63,814 nt of DNA from Psammoneis japonica (taxonomy: Eukaryota): positions 1 to 63,814 of the forward strand of contig QPGO01000030.1 of the NCBI GenBank assembly GCA_008632985.1, given 5' to 3'. A model generated the notes under the pieces. The model saw nothing but the letters and a program-made list of their open reading frames with translations. It made no database searches and was not told where the DNA came from. Of this stretch, positions 48,222 through 61,071 are shown one piece after another; positions within the stretch are counted from its first letter, which is position 1, and each line of letters starts with the position of its first letter. The position numbers were made by a program, and so were the translations under genes.

Positions 48222-50321
48222 ATGGGTGTCTTTAATCAACAACAAAACACAAACGCTACAAGCTCTAAATTCCGTCGCCGTTCCAACTGGGCAGCACAAC
48301 GAGCCCCGCCAAACGAGCATTCACTTCAACGTCAACATCAACTCCCTCTGCGTCGATTGTCGAACTGAACAACCGCGCTGTCTCACTGTATAACAAGGGG
48401 ACTTTTCTAATGCCTCGACCCTGTTTCAAGAAGCCGCCAAGATTGTTCCCGCACGCTGGTCAACATGGTAAGCAGCACTACTTCTGCTGTTGCTCATGGC
48501 AATCCCCTCGTGAACCCCCCTCCTTCAAGTTATATTTATCAACGCCTCGACTTTGACGAGGGCATGCATCTCTACACGGAACCACAAGAAGTCAACTTTA
48601 GCGACACACCCCAAGCCATTGCGGCCGTCCTACTCTTTAATGCCGGACAAGCCCGTCGACAAATGCAAGACTACGAGGGAGCCTTTGCGTGTTATGAACG
48701 TTCGCTCGCCATGCTTGCAACGACTCCCCGTCATGTGGTGATGATTCCCATTTTACACAATCTCGGACAGCTCCGCTATCGTCTAGGCAATCTTCAAGAA
48801 GCCATAGCCGCATACACGGCAGCCTTGGAGCATTGCAAGGCGTTTTACGGAGAATCGCATATTTCTGTGGCTGTCACGTTGAATTGTTTGGGAGTCTTGT
48901 ACTATCACTTGTCGGGAGAAGAGTCGGTCCGATCTATGAAGCACTTTCGTGCGGCACTTGATATTCAGTTGCAACTCTTGGGATCGGACCACGAGGCGGT
49001 GGCTACGACGCTCAACAATATGGGCCGAGTCCATGTGCAGCGGGATGAATTTGATGATGCGCTTGTCTACTACGAGGAAGCGCTTCGCGTCCGCCGCGAC
49101 CGGCTGGGACCCGACAGCATTGATTACGCCGCCACGGCCTTTAATGCCGGACAGAGCTTGCATCAAAAGGGTAACTACGACCGTGCCATTGAGCTGTACC
49201 GAGAGTTTCTCGTGTGGCGCGCATCAAGTTCTCCAAGAACCACCGGGACATTGCCGTGGTGTTGAGTGGGATTGCGCAGATTCATCAAGAGCGCAAAGAG
49301 TTTGCCGAGGCATTGACGCTCTACGAAGAGTCACTTCAAGTGGGAAAGGCGGCGCTCGGAGAGTATCATTCCGAAGTGGCCATGTTGTTGAATCGCATCG
49401 GCAACTTTCACTTTGAACGTGAAAACCTGATGCGGCGCTTCAGGCCTACCAGGACGGACTTCGCATCGAACAAAAGGTGTTGGAGCCAACGCATCCCAAC
49501 ATCATTGTGACCTTGTCGAATATTGGTGAGATTTATCGACAACGCAGTGAGTTTGATCCCGCCATTCGTCTCTACACGGAAGCGTTGGAGTTGCAGAAAC
49601 GCCGCTGTGGCCCGACCCACGCCGACGTCGCAAGCACGCTCAATGCCATTGGTCTCATTCACGACCAGAAAGGCAATGCCAATGTCGCGGTCAAGTATTT
49701 GCAAGAAGCCTTGCTCATGAGACGGACCGTCCTAGGCGATGAACACTTGGATGTGTCTGCGACCCTCACGTATTTGGGTACCATTTTGTATCGGAAAAAC
49801 ATGGTGTCCACGGCCATGCAGCTCTTTACCGAGTCGTTGCGGATCCGCCAAGACAAGCTCGGACGAGACCATCGCGATGTGGCCTTTACGCTTTACAATT
49901 GTGGTCTCTGCCATCAATTGCAAGGCAGCTACGAAGAGGCGATTGAATGCTACAGAGAAACGCTGCGCGTGGAAAAGCTGGTTTTGGGTAGTGATCACCG
50001 CGATGTCAGCATGACTCTGTACAAACTAGGTGAAGCATACAAGGCACACGGCGATCTACAAGAGGCCTTGACGAGTTTCCAAGAAGCCCTACGCATTGAG
50101 CGCAACACTCTTGGAAGGGAGGATCCCGCAACCGTTGCGCGGACGCTCAATGAGATTGGAAACATCCACCTTGCTCGGGGAGATGTCATTCCCATGATGG
50201 ATGCTTCAATGAAGCGGCTAGAATATTCCGCAGCGCGGGGCTGAGTCCCAACAGCCTTGCCGTTTCGGGACAGCTGTACGCTTTTGATATCTCTTGTCCT
50301 TCTGCAGCGCCTGCCGCATGA
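48222..50321 (+). CDS. Tetratricopeptide-repeat protein (kinesin-light-chain/nephrocystin-3-like TPRs), several frameshifts
   Basis: Repeated ~42-aa units (HISVAVTLNCLG, HEAVATTLNNMG, HPNIIVTLSNIG, HADVASTLNAIG, HRDVAFTLYNCG) continue across frames and end ...CPSAAPAA*. Start position is uncertain. Confidence 0.8.
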
Positions 50322-50469
50322 CAGGTTTTGCTTTTTTATAACTCTAGCACTGCATTACTCAGAACAGTTAGTTTGTAGTTGTTGTTCGTTCGCATTACAA
50401 TGTTGCTAGTAGAATTACAACTTGGTGCTTCACTGGACGGAGGGAGGGTCGTACCATAAATTCGAATAC

Positions 50470-50990
50470 ACTCTGAGAGAAGAGCTCTACTACTAGACAG
50501 TAGGCAGTAGACAGTGGCAGTCTTTCAGGTGTCGCGATTTGTTGATTCGTCCTTGGTGTCAATAGGTCTCTCTGAAACCATGAAAGTGGCTCTTCTCTAT
50601 TTATCCTCTCTTCTCTACCGGTAGCAGGCAGAGGTACCTGACGGTTCCGTAGCCAGAGTGGAGTGAAAGTAGCATCTCTAGAGCTCTAGCTAGAGTAAGT
50701 AGGCCTACGGTAGAGCTGCTAGAGTAGAGAAGAGACGACCATTCAACATACTTCTAAAAGGTATCTGTAGTTGTTGCTCTACTCTCTACTCTAGCTAGCT
50801 ACTCTAGAGAGTAGAGCTACTACTACCGGTACCGTACTCTAGAGAGTACGAATAGCTAGCTACTCTAGCTAGCTACTAGAGAGAGAGCTACTCTCTAGAG
50901 TAGAGCTACCGTACTCTAGCTAGAGCTACTAGCTCTAGAGAGTAGGGGTAAACCTTACCGGTAGTAGAGAGAGTAGGTAGGTAGAGTTGC
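50470..50990. repeat. Strong TA/AG/CT-rich island 5' of NDUFC2
   Basis: ctctagctagctactctagagagtagagctactactaccggtacc...; TG/CA, AA/TT and AT are rare in the core at 50770-50985. Confidence 0.85.
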
Positions 50991-51131
50991 GACATCCGTC
51001 TACAGACAAATGACGGGCAGACTAACGGTACGGTACGTACGTGCGTGCGTGTGTGTGTCGCTCGCTCGCCATCATGACACAACAAGAATCATCTCATCGT
51101 CGCTGACGAACGGGACGCCGTCGCTGCAACC

Positions 51132-51515
51132 ATGGGTCTTATGGCCGCTCTAATTGGAGGTATCTCCGGAACCTCCATGCACATGATGGCAAATGCTACA
51201 CGAAAGATCCCTCTTTCAAGACGTGAGTTTCTTGGCAGCTTTTGTCGAACAATTAGACATGGCGCGTTCTTGCTGTAGAAGTGCGTAGAATCTGTACTGA
51301 ACAAGCGTCGTGCTCACACTACTTGTTGGTATGTTTGTGTGCTTGCAGAGCCGTGGTTTCATGTGGGTGGCTTCATCATTGGAGCTTGGGCGGGAAATGC
51401 TTATCTGCGGTTAGAAGAGTCCTTGTTACGAGACATTAACGAAATTCGAGCCGACAGGGGCATGGCACCGATGGTTGGATCCAACGCTTGGATCAGATAC
51501 CAGAAGCCAGAGTAA
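51132..51515 (+). CDS. NDUFC2: Mitochondrial complex I subunit B14.5b/NDUFC2-like (85 aa); exons 51132-51222 and 51349-51515; absent from the ORF track
   Basis: Spliced product MGLMAALIGGISGTSMHMMANATRKIPLSRQPWFHVGGFIIGAWAGNAYLRLEESLLRDINEIR... resembles plant/algal B14.5b (N.lRKlP..r.PW.HV....G). Confidence 0.75.
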
Positions 51516-52389
51516 GAAACGAGGTCCCGTGTCAACAGACTTGGAGTTAGTCTAGTTGGATATCTTTCTAAGGTTGTGGGTAGACAATTGTGGACGGCAC
51601 AGTATTGTAAAGCACTTTTGTATATCACTTTCTTATTTTCCGGAGTGTCGGCGAAGGCCGTAGCGTCGGCATCAGACCTAAGTTGGAATCGACCTAGCAG
51701 AGAAGTTGTGGGCGAAGTAATGCCTTGGTCGAAAACAACGCCATTGCAAACATTAGGTGGTGCCGCAAAGAAATAGAACTCCGTGTCGTAAACCTTCGGT
51801 GGTGTCGCTATGATATAGAGAACCACACACCGCATGTCAATTAAACAGGCAAAACCGATACCACGCGGCAAAATGCTGAGGCTGACGACAATCTTGCTCT
51901 TCAATTGACGGCAGTGAGCTGAGGCAAGGCTTGAAACCATAGCTATTCGTTGCGCAATTTGCGAAAAAAGAGCTATTTTGAAGTAATTGTTCCGCAACAC
52001 GAGCAACTCCTTCCGCCATCCTGTTCTATGCTAGGCACCACATCAACAGCCAACATCCAGCACTATGGCAAAATGCCAATTGGAACTCTAAAGAACGCGA
52101 TAAGGTGGAGGACTGGATCTTCGCGACGATTTGACTGCTGGCTTCCGCTGGACACGATTTTGTTTAAAGCGACCTCTTTTGTAGTCGAGTCGATAGAATC
52201 AACGCTTCCGCCGGGCACTAGTTCTAGGGCCCTATGCTTTGAAACAAACGGGTTTGACTTTTACTTCATAATTATGCCGTTTCTGTTCTATTTTGGTTGC
52301 TGTGACGGCAAATTCGGCAGTAATTTCACTCACTGTTTTCTCTACATGACAAAGACGAGATTAGACATGGAAATAAGCTGCCTCAGTGT

Positions 52390-52510
52390 TTTAGGTCTAG
52401 TAGGAGGGAGAAATAGAAGCTAGCTACTCTACGACTATGATAGAGAGAGTAGAGTACAGCTAGATCCCTCTCTCTAGAGCAGTAGACCTGCCGGGTAGAG
52501 AGAACCAGGA
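52390..52510. repeat. TA/AG/CT-rich island
   Basis: gctagctactctacg, tagagagagtagagtacagctaga, ctctctagag. Confidence 0.65.
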
Positions 52511-53085
52511 CGATAATCTTGGATACCATAGTCTAATCATCGGCCTCTCATTTTCGGCGCCACAACTTCGTGCAAAAATCGTGCGATGTCGGCCATGTGT
52601 AATCCGCAGTATCTTCTCTACATACGAGAATATCAGTACATTTCGTACTGCCACCGTGGCCACGCTACATAAAAACATACGGTAAAACCCAAGACGACGT
52701 CTCATCTCAGAACATCGCTTTGCAGACGAAAGGTGCGTTTGTGGCCAACGAATCGTATGCGATTGTGTTTAGAGCCATATCAGAGATCACTGAGATAATG
52801 AGGATTATTCAGAAGTTATGATTATGGTTAGAAATGTTGTGTCAAATTTGAAATTAGCGCAGTGAGCAGCGATCGAGGGAGGGAGTACTACAATGTTGCT
52901 TCAGCGTCTGTCCTTCGTTTCCAGCTGCTTTTAATGAGGGTCGGCGGCGATGATGATTCGGTTTCCTTTCACCAGGTTAAAAAAAATTGTTTGAGGGCTT
53001 ATTCACACCGGAAAGGTGGAATTGTTTGATTTGGCACACTCATTCTTTCGCGTCGTTGCTTGAACAACAGAAGAAAAGAGAAAAA

Positions 53086-53295
53086 ATGCCGGTGCCGAGA
53101 AGACGCAAATCAAAGGGTTCCAGAAGCTTAGCGAATCTGCCCGGGCTGGCGTTACGTTTGTTCGATATTGATTTCGTGTTTAGGAAAACGCGGCTGTTTC
53201 TTTTCTATGGATTTGCACCGCTCGTTGTGACCATTGGAATGATGACGGAGCCAAAACCAAGCAGTTGGTTGGAACTCATCAATATACTAGATTGA
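53086..53295 (+). CDS. TOM7: Mitochondrial import receptor subunit TOM7-like (69 aa)
   Basis: KTRLFLFYGFAPLVVTIGMMTEPKPSSWLELI matches the Tom7 pattern (YG.IP.ii.iGM..EPKPS). Confidence 0.75.
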   Translation: MPVPRRRKSKGSRSLANLPGLALRLFDIDFVFRKTRLFLFYGFAPLVVTIGMMTEPKPSSWLELINILD

Positions 53296-53929
53296 GAGGG
53301 AAACTATGTGGGTCAAACGTGCACTTGGGCGAAGCGTGGGAACTGTGGTTGATGCACGGAAAGAATCAATGTGCGTGTTGAATGTCAAATGAGCCTTATA
53401 GAACGTTTCAGCTTAAGATAGACATACTAATTGATATTTCTTATCCGTCCTAAACTAAAACTCGGACTTGATTTCTGTTTAGTTGATTGACGTTGCGCCA
53501 GAGTGATTTCGCAGTGGTTGCCTGTGACTCGAGCATTGACAACGACCTTTTGCTAAACAGACAGAATGTTCTCTTCCTCTGTAACTAGATGCAATCTCTA
53601 GCTAACAGTGTCGCGGTCGCTGATTCATTCGACGAGAGGCATGCTCTCTCCACTTGCACGCAACGCCTTCGTCATATCTTATTTCGCCCTTAAACTCATG
53701 CTCATGCTCCTCGATGGCAATTCTTAGCTTCCAAACACGAGTTGAAAGCAAATCTGTCATCCCAGCGAGACAGAAAACGCCGTGGCTGAGCGTACGACCC
53801 GATTCATTTTTACAAAATCTCAGAATGGAACTGACCCCATCAGACAAAAACTGACCACCAGCTACAGTAAATTAAATCTTAGAGTGTATTTATTTCTTTC
53901 ACAGATCACGTCGTTTTGATCCCTTGATC

Positions 53930-54100
53930 GTGTACTGTAGCCTCTAATAGGTCTAAATTCCCTCTACTCTAGAGTAGACTCTACTAACTGGTAGCTAGTA
54001 GCTCTAGCCCTCTAGGGCCCTACTCTATAACTAGTACTCCTACTCTAGCTAGGGCCCTAGCTAGAGTAGAGAGAGTAGTAGGGTAGATAGAGAGAGGGAG
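53930..54100. repeat. TA/AG/CT-rich island 5' of the AP2-like gene
   Basis: ctactctagagtagactctactaa, ctctagggccctactc, ctagctagggccctagctagagtagagagagtagtag. Confidence 0.8.
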
Positions 54101-54663
54101 AGTCGTCGTCGTCCTGTTTCCTGTTCCATGCAGCGACTCACTCTGTCCATCCATCCGTCACCCCCCGCCCCGCACGAGATTTTGAATGACTATTCTTTAT
54201 TTAGGTATTCATTTTTTAAGATTTTGATTCGAAATGTCTTAGTACGTTTCTAGGGCCCGTGATCTATACGTACGTATGTACCCCTGTACGAACGAGAAAA
54301 CTGTCAATCTTTTCGATGGAAAAAGCTTTGAATCGAGAATACTGGTTCCTACGTGGATCCTACGAGAGAAATAACACAGGGATTTCACGGCGAGGCGATG
54401 CGATGGCCAAACGGCATGTTCGAGCAATCACAACAAACATTCGCATGCTGAAGGCATCATCCCTCTTCAGCGCTTTGTGTTGAAATACGTTGCAGACGTA
54501 ACCTTACCAACCGATAGAATCCACTTCCCGAGCAGAGTCTGGATAATCAGGGTGCTTCTCACTCTTTCAAGAATCTACTGGATCGACGCGGTGATATAAC
54601 GCCATTGTGAAATTCGATCGAGTGCCGTTCTCTGCGCAACCCATACAGCAAGAATAATCCGCA

Positions 54664-56564
54664 ATGAGCGCTCAAGGTGCTGGATTCTCAAACGGCGGCG
54701 GCGCCAAAAAGGCCGTCCATGTCAAGGTGAGTCGAACCAAATTGTGAAGCAAGTGACATATGACCCGGTCTTCAGTCTTCTGACATGGGGAGCTTCGGTC
54801 ACTCTCGAAAGGGTGTTCAAAGCAAGCAGAGACCGAAATACACTTGTTTTTCGGCGATCTACACATTTTCCAGTACATTTTGTACGGGAGAGGCTTTGTG
54901 CCAATGTTTTCATCCGTGACTTTTTTGCCGCAATGATGTGCCTTCCACTACTCGTATGCGTTGAAAAGTCAATTCGTCATATCATTATATTCGTCTTCGT
55001 AGCTTTTCATTTTCATTTATTTAGCATTGAACAAAAGGAAATGACTTTGTATACTTATTCATCAATGACTATGTGATATATATTCGCAGATATTTCGTCT
55101 GAATTTGAGCTCACAATTTTTCCTCGTTCAAACTTCCGTGCACGTGCAAAACAGTGGGCTGGAAAAACCATTGCCCTTGGAACATTTCCGGCCGCCGAAG
55201 CCGATGAAAAATGTGCTCGAGCCAAGGCTTTGACACGAGCGTGGCGCTCCACAATGCGCCCCAAACCAAGCCGCGAGTGGGTCATGTTGGAGCTTGAGAG
55301 ATTAAACGTGCGAGTTGTGAGTGGCAGGCTTGGTCGTAAGGGAGGCGACGACGAAGATGAGGAAGGTGAATCGTCTGCCAAGAAAAAAATGAACCAAGAC
55401 CCGCGACTTGCGGCGGCTGAAGCCGCAGTGCGTCGCGACTCCCTCCTGTCAGGTCGTCGGGATTCCCTTACTGGACTACGCCGTGACTCCATCACGGCTT
55501 CGTTGCTATCAGCAGCTGATATCGCCCGAGGAACTGGTGCTGACCGGAATAGTATTGGCTGGAATCAGGCGGATATCGATAGTATGATGCAGCGCCGGAA
55601 CTCTTCTCTTGGGCTCTCTTTTCTGGGAGATGGGCTGGATGACGCGAAGCGTCGTAGTTCGCTCGGCGCGTCAGGTCTAGACGCATCGATGCCTCCTCAT
55701 CGTCCTCTAGTTGGTGGTGGGGCTGCTGCAGCTTATGAGGCGGCACGCGCTGACCATTACGCAAGCATGTCACAGAAAGGAGGAGGTGAAGGACAGGCTC
55801 GCCGTGCCTCAGGTCTCGGATTGGGTAGCCTCGGCGGTGGCAGCAGCATGCCGCAGATGGGACTTTCTGTCAATCCGAATCAGCATTACGAAATGCTCAA
55901 GCTTCATCACATGAACCTTCTTAACGAGATTCAGGAGACGACGCTCATGATGAACCTCTACCAGCAGCAGCAGTTGCAACAGCAGCAACAGCAGCTGCAA
56001 AACGCTGGCGGGGAAGGTACGGGATCTGGAGGACTCGGAAGTGGATCCAGTAGCGATCCGCAGATGGCGCTCCTGCTTCAGCAACAGCAGCAGCAGTCTA
56101 GTGGAGGAGGAGGACTTGATGTTGGCAGTGGCGGTGGCTTGGGCGGAATGGGTCTCGGTGGCGCGGCCTCCGGAGCTTCCAACCAAATGCAGGCGCTTCT
56201 GCGTCAGCAGCAAATGCTTCAATCCGGTGGCGGCTTGGACAGTAGCATGCAGCCGCGCAGGCTGAGTAGCATGCAGCAACAGCAGCAACAACAGCTAATG
56301 GCAGGCGTCAAAGAACAGGAGGAACTCCAAGAACGTCTCGCAAAGCTGAAGGAAGATATCGCGAAGAGACAGAAAGAAGCTGAAGAGCTTGAAGCCGCTG
56401 GAGCAAAAGGGTCAGAATCTGGATCAAAGAGGAAGGCCAAACAGGATGAAGACGATAGCCCGAAAAAGAGGGCAAGACTGATGAAGACGAGAATGACGAC
56501 AAGAGCGATAGCGAGGGAGCCGAAAGCGAGAACGAAGAGACAGCCGTCTAAAGCATTTGGCTGA
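54664..56564 (+). CDS. Putative transcription factor: AP2-like N-terminal motif, RRxS repeats, poly-Q/G, coiled coil; exon 1 54664-54726, exon 2 from 55155
   Basis: Predicted splice gives KAVHVK|WAGKTIALGTFPAAEADEKCARAKAL (AP2-like 'K.I.LGTF'). Contains RRDS x3, RRNS, RRSS, RRAS and RRLS. A frameshift near 56470 would give an acidic tail ending at 56551. Confidence 0.6.
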
Positions 56565-56685
56565 ATTCTACCGGGGGTGATTCCCCATAGTAGCATTGAT
56601 TAAGGTAGTGTAGTACGAGACACGTTCTCTATTCATTACGCTCTCCTGATTACGGCATTGCAGCGCGGGTTACGGTCGAGCTCAT

Positions 56686-57578
56686 TTACACGGCAAGGAC
56701 AGATGCTAGATACCATCCATGAGCTACAGCTCCGCAAAGAGCAACAAGATTCGTCAAGGATGAAATACCATGAAATTTTCCAAAGTCGGCAGCCAACTTC
56801 TTGTATTCATCCGTGTCTTTTCCGCCGGGTTCGTTTTCTCTATCATATCGATCAAACATAATCTTGGTTGATTTTGGTTCCAAGTAAAAGAGATTCAACA
56901 ATGTCATGGCCAAGGCAACCCCCAACGCAACGGATGCCCGCTTGCCAAGATCAGGCAGATTCCGTAGGGTTAAGAACTAGAGAGGTAGGCAACAAGTTAG
57001 TCATAATTTACCCAAAAAACAAAAGCAAGTTGTGAAGCCCGAGTAGAGCCAGCGTAATTTTTACCGAACATACCTGAAGCACGATGGAAAAGGCGCACAA
57101 ATTGAAGTACTTTGGGAACAGCTTGGACTGAAGCTTCCCAAAGGTTTGGCGAGGAAGATTCTTGAATGCCGTAATCCCAACACAAAGGTTGTGTATCCCA
57201 TTGTGCCAAACCACATGGCAAAGGAAAAGAGGTGAATAGCTGCACCAACGTTAGACGAGAGTTTGGTCATGGGTGAGTACTTGACAGTCCTGCAAGGCCA
57301 AGCGCGGAAAGAATGGCGGCTGAGCGAAACAGAGGCGTGTTCCAAAGCCTCTTTGGAGTCCAGTTCGTTGGATCCCATCCTGGCAAGCTTGATACTAGTT
57401 TATCATCGCTACCTCCAGCTTGAGAAGCCTCGTAAAGTGGCTGTTGTTGAGGGCTGAAGAGCGGAGACCTAGTGGCGATCCCAACCGACGGGCTTTTCGT
57501 TTGCGGGATAGATTTTATGGGCTGGAAGGCAAAAGCCGTACCAAGGAGGTAGACAAACGATATTATGAAAAGTTTCAT
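56686..57578 (-). CDS. TMEM205/DUF4149-like membrane protein with bipartite plastid-type presequence; intron 56977-57073; frameshifts at ~57190 and ~57270
   Basis: MKLFIISFVYLLGTAFA-FQP (signal peptide plus ASAFAP-like motif), GITAFKNLPRQTFGKLQSKLFPKYF, NLFYLEPKSTKIM and FGKFHGISSLTNL. Confidence 0.75.
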
Positions 57579-57802
57579 TGTTTTGAATTGCAGGAGAGTA
57601 ACTGATTAGTAGAGGCTCTCGTCAGATGCGGCGGTTATTGTGCTACTGTATGGTCGAACTTGAAACTTGCTCATCCACAAAAAAAAAAGATCGCAGAAAG
57701 ATCGCGTCAAAGATCGCCCGACCCAGAACCTGATCCGAGCTTGTCAAATTCAGCACACAACGAAGAAAATGGCGGCGGGTGATTGTAGAGTAACCCCCTG
57801 AT

Positions 57803-59043
57803 ATGAAGAGCGCTGCAACGACAAGAACCCTTTTCCATTCATTCATGGCCACGAGCGTATTATTATTGAACAGTCCACGAGTAGTTGGCAGTATGAGTAC
57901 ATTAGCAAGCTCGTCGTATTCCGGTGCCGTTCGATCAACTTTTGAAAGACTTCGGACTAGCAGGGACGAGCTGTTGTTGCTGGATGGTGGGCTGGCGAAG
58001 AATTGTAAGCGCATTTTCATTTTGTTGAGTGGGAAATGTTTATTCGTTTGTCTCATAGGTACAATAACCTTTTGCTTCCCTAAAACAAGGTTTCGTCGAG
58101 GTGTCCCAGATGATCGAAAGATTTGGAGTGCAACGGCTTGCGTTCACCCACAGTATCACGCAATCTTGAAAAACGTACACCAGTCCTTTGTGGAAGCAGG
58201 ATCTAGAGCTATTACTACAAACTCATATGGCATTGTACCTGGTGTGGGGTTTTCGCCGGAAGAAGTTTCCAAATACGTGGCCACAGCAGGTCGCATTGCT
58301 CGAGAGAGTATCGAGGGAACGAACGACGTGCTTGTGCTTGGATCCCTGGGTCCTTGGTAGAAAGCTACCGTCCCGACAAGATCTTGTCACACCTTGAGGG
58401 TGTGAATGGCTATAAAATTATGATCGAAGCGTTGGCGCCCTATGTTGACTGTTTTCTTGCCGAAACAATGTCTTGTTACAAAGAGTCAGTTCAAGCCGTC
58501 CAAGCAGTTGCAGAGCACGATGCACCTTTTCCGATGCTGGTATCATATACGCTTGCGAGTCAGGGCAAGCTACGTGACGGAGAGAATCCCGTTGAGTGTA
58601 TAAAGAAACTACTGGACTTTACAGCTGAACGGAAAGTTGAACGTAAGTGACCATGCATAGCATCCCAATACCGACGAAATGCGCAACTCATTTTGATACG
58701 TAATTGTTGGACAGTATTGGGTGTGCTTTTCAATTGCGCTGAACCAGAGGCCATCACTCTAGCCCTACAAGAACTGAAGTCAGATATAGCATTAGGCACA
58801 GAGTTGAAGGAACGAGGAATTCTATTGGGTGCGTATGCTAACCGTCTCACTCCTGTAGCCTCCGACTGGTCCATGGAGGAGTCTGAAGCACCACAGCCCA
58901 TGAGAAAAGACTTGGAACCAAAACGATATTACGAGGAGTTTGTTTCAACGTGGATCGACAAATACAATGTTCAAATGATTGGTGGTTGTTGCGGAATCAC
59001 GCCACAATTCATTTCATACCTTCGCACACATTTGTTTGAATAA
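57803..59043 (+). CDS. Homocysteine S-methyltransferase family protein; introns ~58004-58089 and ~58643-58714; frameshifts at ~57990 and ~58353
   Basis: LLLDGG(T)GEEL, IWSA, VHQSFVEAGSRAITTNSY, GSLGP, FLAETMS, FNCAEPE, GAYAN and IGGCCGITP (Zn-binding motif). Confidence 0.88.
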
Positions 59044-61071
59044 GCAACAGATGTTCATCTTTCGAACGAGAGAGGTAGGGCTCGATCGAGCACTTGTTGT
59101 ACTGTCTATCATCAATAATTCAGCAGCGAGCTGCTCGTAGGTGATGGGTGTGCGAGGTCGGGGGCTCTAGTGTCAACGTTTGAGGCCGGGACGGTAAAGC
59201 AGTACGCACACCGAGGGAGTGTCAGACAATTTACCTAGTTAGCGAAGAAAGTTGACGAGTCCTCAATAGCGTGGTGGTGTTTATTTCGGATTCCATCTGG
59301 CCTTTACTCTACTATCTTCCGCGAACCTCAAGTTTAATTCACGTAATTTCGAAGAACCTGAACTGTCGATGTTCGACTGTGTGATCAATACTTCGATGAG
59401 ACACGGCAAACGTCAGCAAGTTTCTACGACTTATACTGCAACCTGGCATCCATGATTGAATATTTCTGTGCCGATTGTATGTCCAGGAGCAAGCACTCTC
59501 CAGAGTAGTGCACAGCTCAGAAGACTCTATCATTTATGGTACGACCAGTGTTTTCGAAGAAATGAGGACTACAGTATCACGAACTGTGCTGACTCACCGT
59601 TGATCGTCAAGGAATCATCCCATCGCAAATCCCGCAAAAGTGATCGCCACAACACGTAATTTCGCTCGCTGTAAGCTGTAACGATCTAATGCTTCAACGA
59701 GTGGCAAAGTCGAGCGTTGGGATTGGAAGTAGAATGAACAGGGTGGTTCAGAGCCAAAATGGGAACGTGTCTGCTCCTTTTGGAATAAAGAGGATGAGAA
59801 ACCGAGCGAGTGCAGCAGAGTTCGAATTTCCATGTTTGAGTGCCGCCGGAATTGGCCCATGGGATGGGTCATCGATCGCCGTGTTCTCGTGTATTAGAGG
59901 CTCGGGATATATCAGTTAACAAATGCGGGAATGCTGTGCATAGACAAGAGTACCTTCCCGCTACAAGGGCTCTCGAAGCAAACAAAGACTTCCGCCAGAT
60001 CGCGAGAACAAAGGCGAGAACTTCACACCCCCGAGAATGATGTCGTTTGCTTCCACTCAACGAGCAGGCCCTGATCTCCAGCTATCTTAACATCGTTTTG
60101 ACAGGAATGCTCTTACTCGTGAAACAGATCCTCTCGAACTGCCCGCCTCCTTCCCCAAGATTGAAGGTGACACAAAAGAAGTCATCGAACCAAACGAGAT
60201 AGTTAGTAGTGGGTTTTCTTCTGAGAGAACAAGCATGCAGCCGGTTGAAGATGACATGTCGAAACGAAAGCGATATCGCTACTCTCGACTGACGCGCAGT
60301 CGAACATGCAAGGCGAATCTTTGCTCTCCCGGAGGAGGCTCGTCGACATCTGATGATTACAGTACGTCCCCTCTACATTTGTCTCGCTTGTAGTTGTAAA
60401 GCGTCAGGGCTAATCCAGCAGAATGTTTTGTACCGTGGCCTATGACATGTCGGCCTCATTGGAATATCTAAAACCATTAGATACCTTTTCAAGCTACAAA
60501 TCAACTAGGAGTGCACGCCGAAGATTCAAGGTGTTACCATTGACCAATGTGGGTGATTCCAGATGAAAAGGCAAGAAAGGAAGATGACGGAAAATGGATA
60601 TTTCGAACACGAGTTGGAAAAACATTCCCTGTACACACTACGACGTCAGCTTACTGTAGAGGAGCCTTAGTAAAAGAAAAAATGGTAGTTTTGATTGTGA
60701 GTAGGATTGCTCTATATATTCCTTTTTTCTGTTTTAAAATTGTTGAATAGAGTGGAATTCTTGCTTTGATTTCTTCCCAACAACGATACAAATCGCATAT
60801 TGAACTCTATGATCCGGTGAGTTGGTCACGAACGACTGATTCCTTTCAGTTGCTTCACCAAATGGATCACGGCATCAGAGATACCTCTCCTTAAGAAGTA
60901 GAATTCTTCCGCGGGTTCGTCGCGTTGCTACGAATCGGTAAACCAGAAACTCCATTCAATCCCACCATACGTTGCAATCCGTCTCTCGAGATCCCCTCTT
61001 GAAAATGTAATGATGCCATAACACAAATAGACTCTGCCGCAGGATGAATATTGACTGACCCCTGTTTGTCC

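Noticed and set aside
51401..52423. ORFs 51401-52006 (-) and 51950-52423 (+)
   Set aside because: Non-ATG starts, no recognisable motifs, and one overlaps the NDUFC2 3' exon.
48222..59043. Programmed frameshifting or pseudogene cluster (TPR, AP2-like, TMEM205-like, HMT; also the amidase and Dispatched paralog 2)
   Set aside because: The lesions are isolated single-base indels in otherwise well-conserved unrelated genes, with no evidence of general decay. This is most consistent with long-read consensus errors; mapping short reads would settle it.
60038..60393. Possible small frameshifted gene ending ...LTRSRTCKANLC...LSRL*
   Set aside because: No clean start or recognisable family, so support is insufficient.
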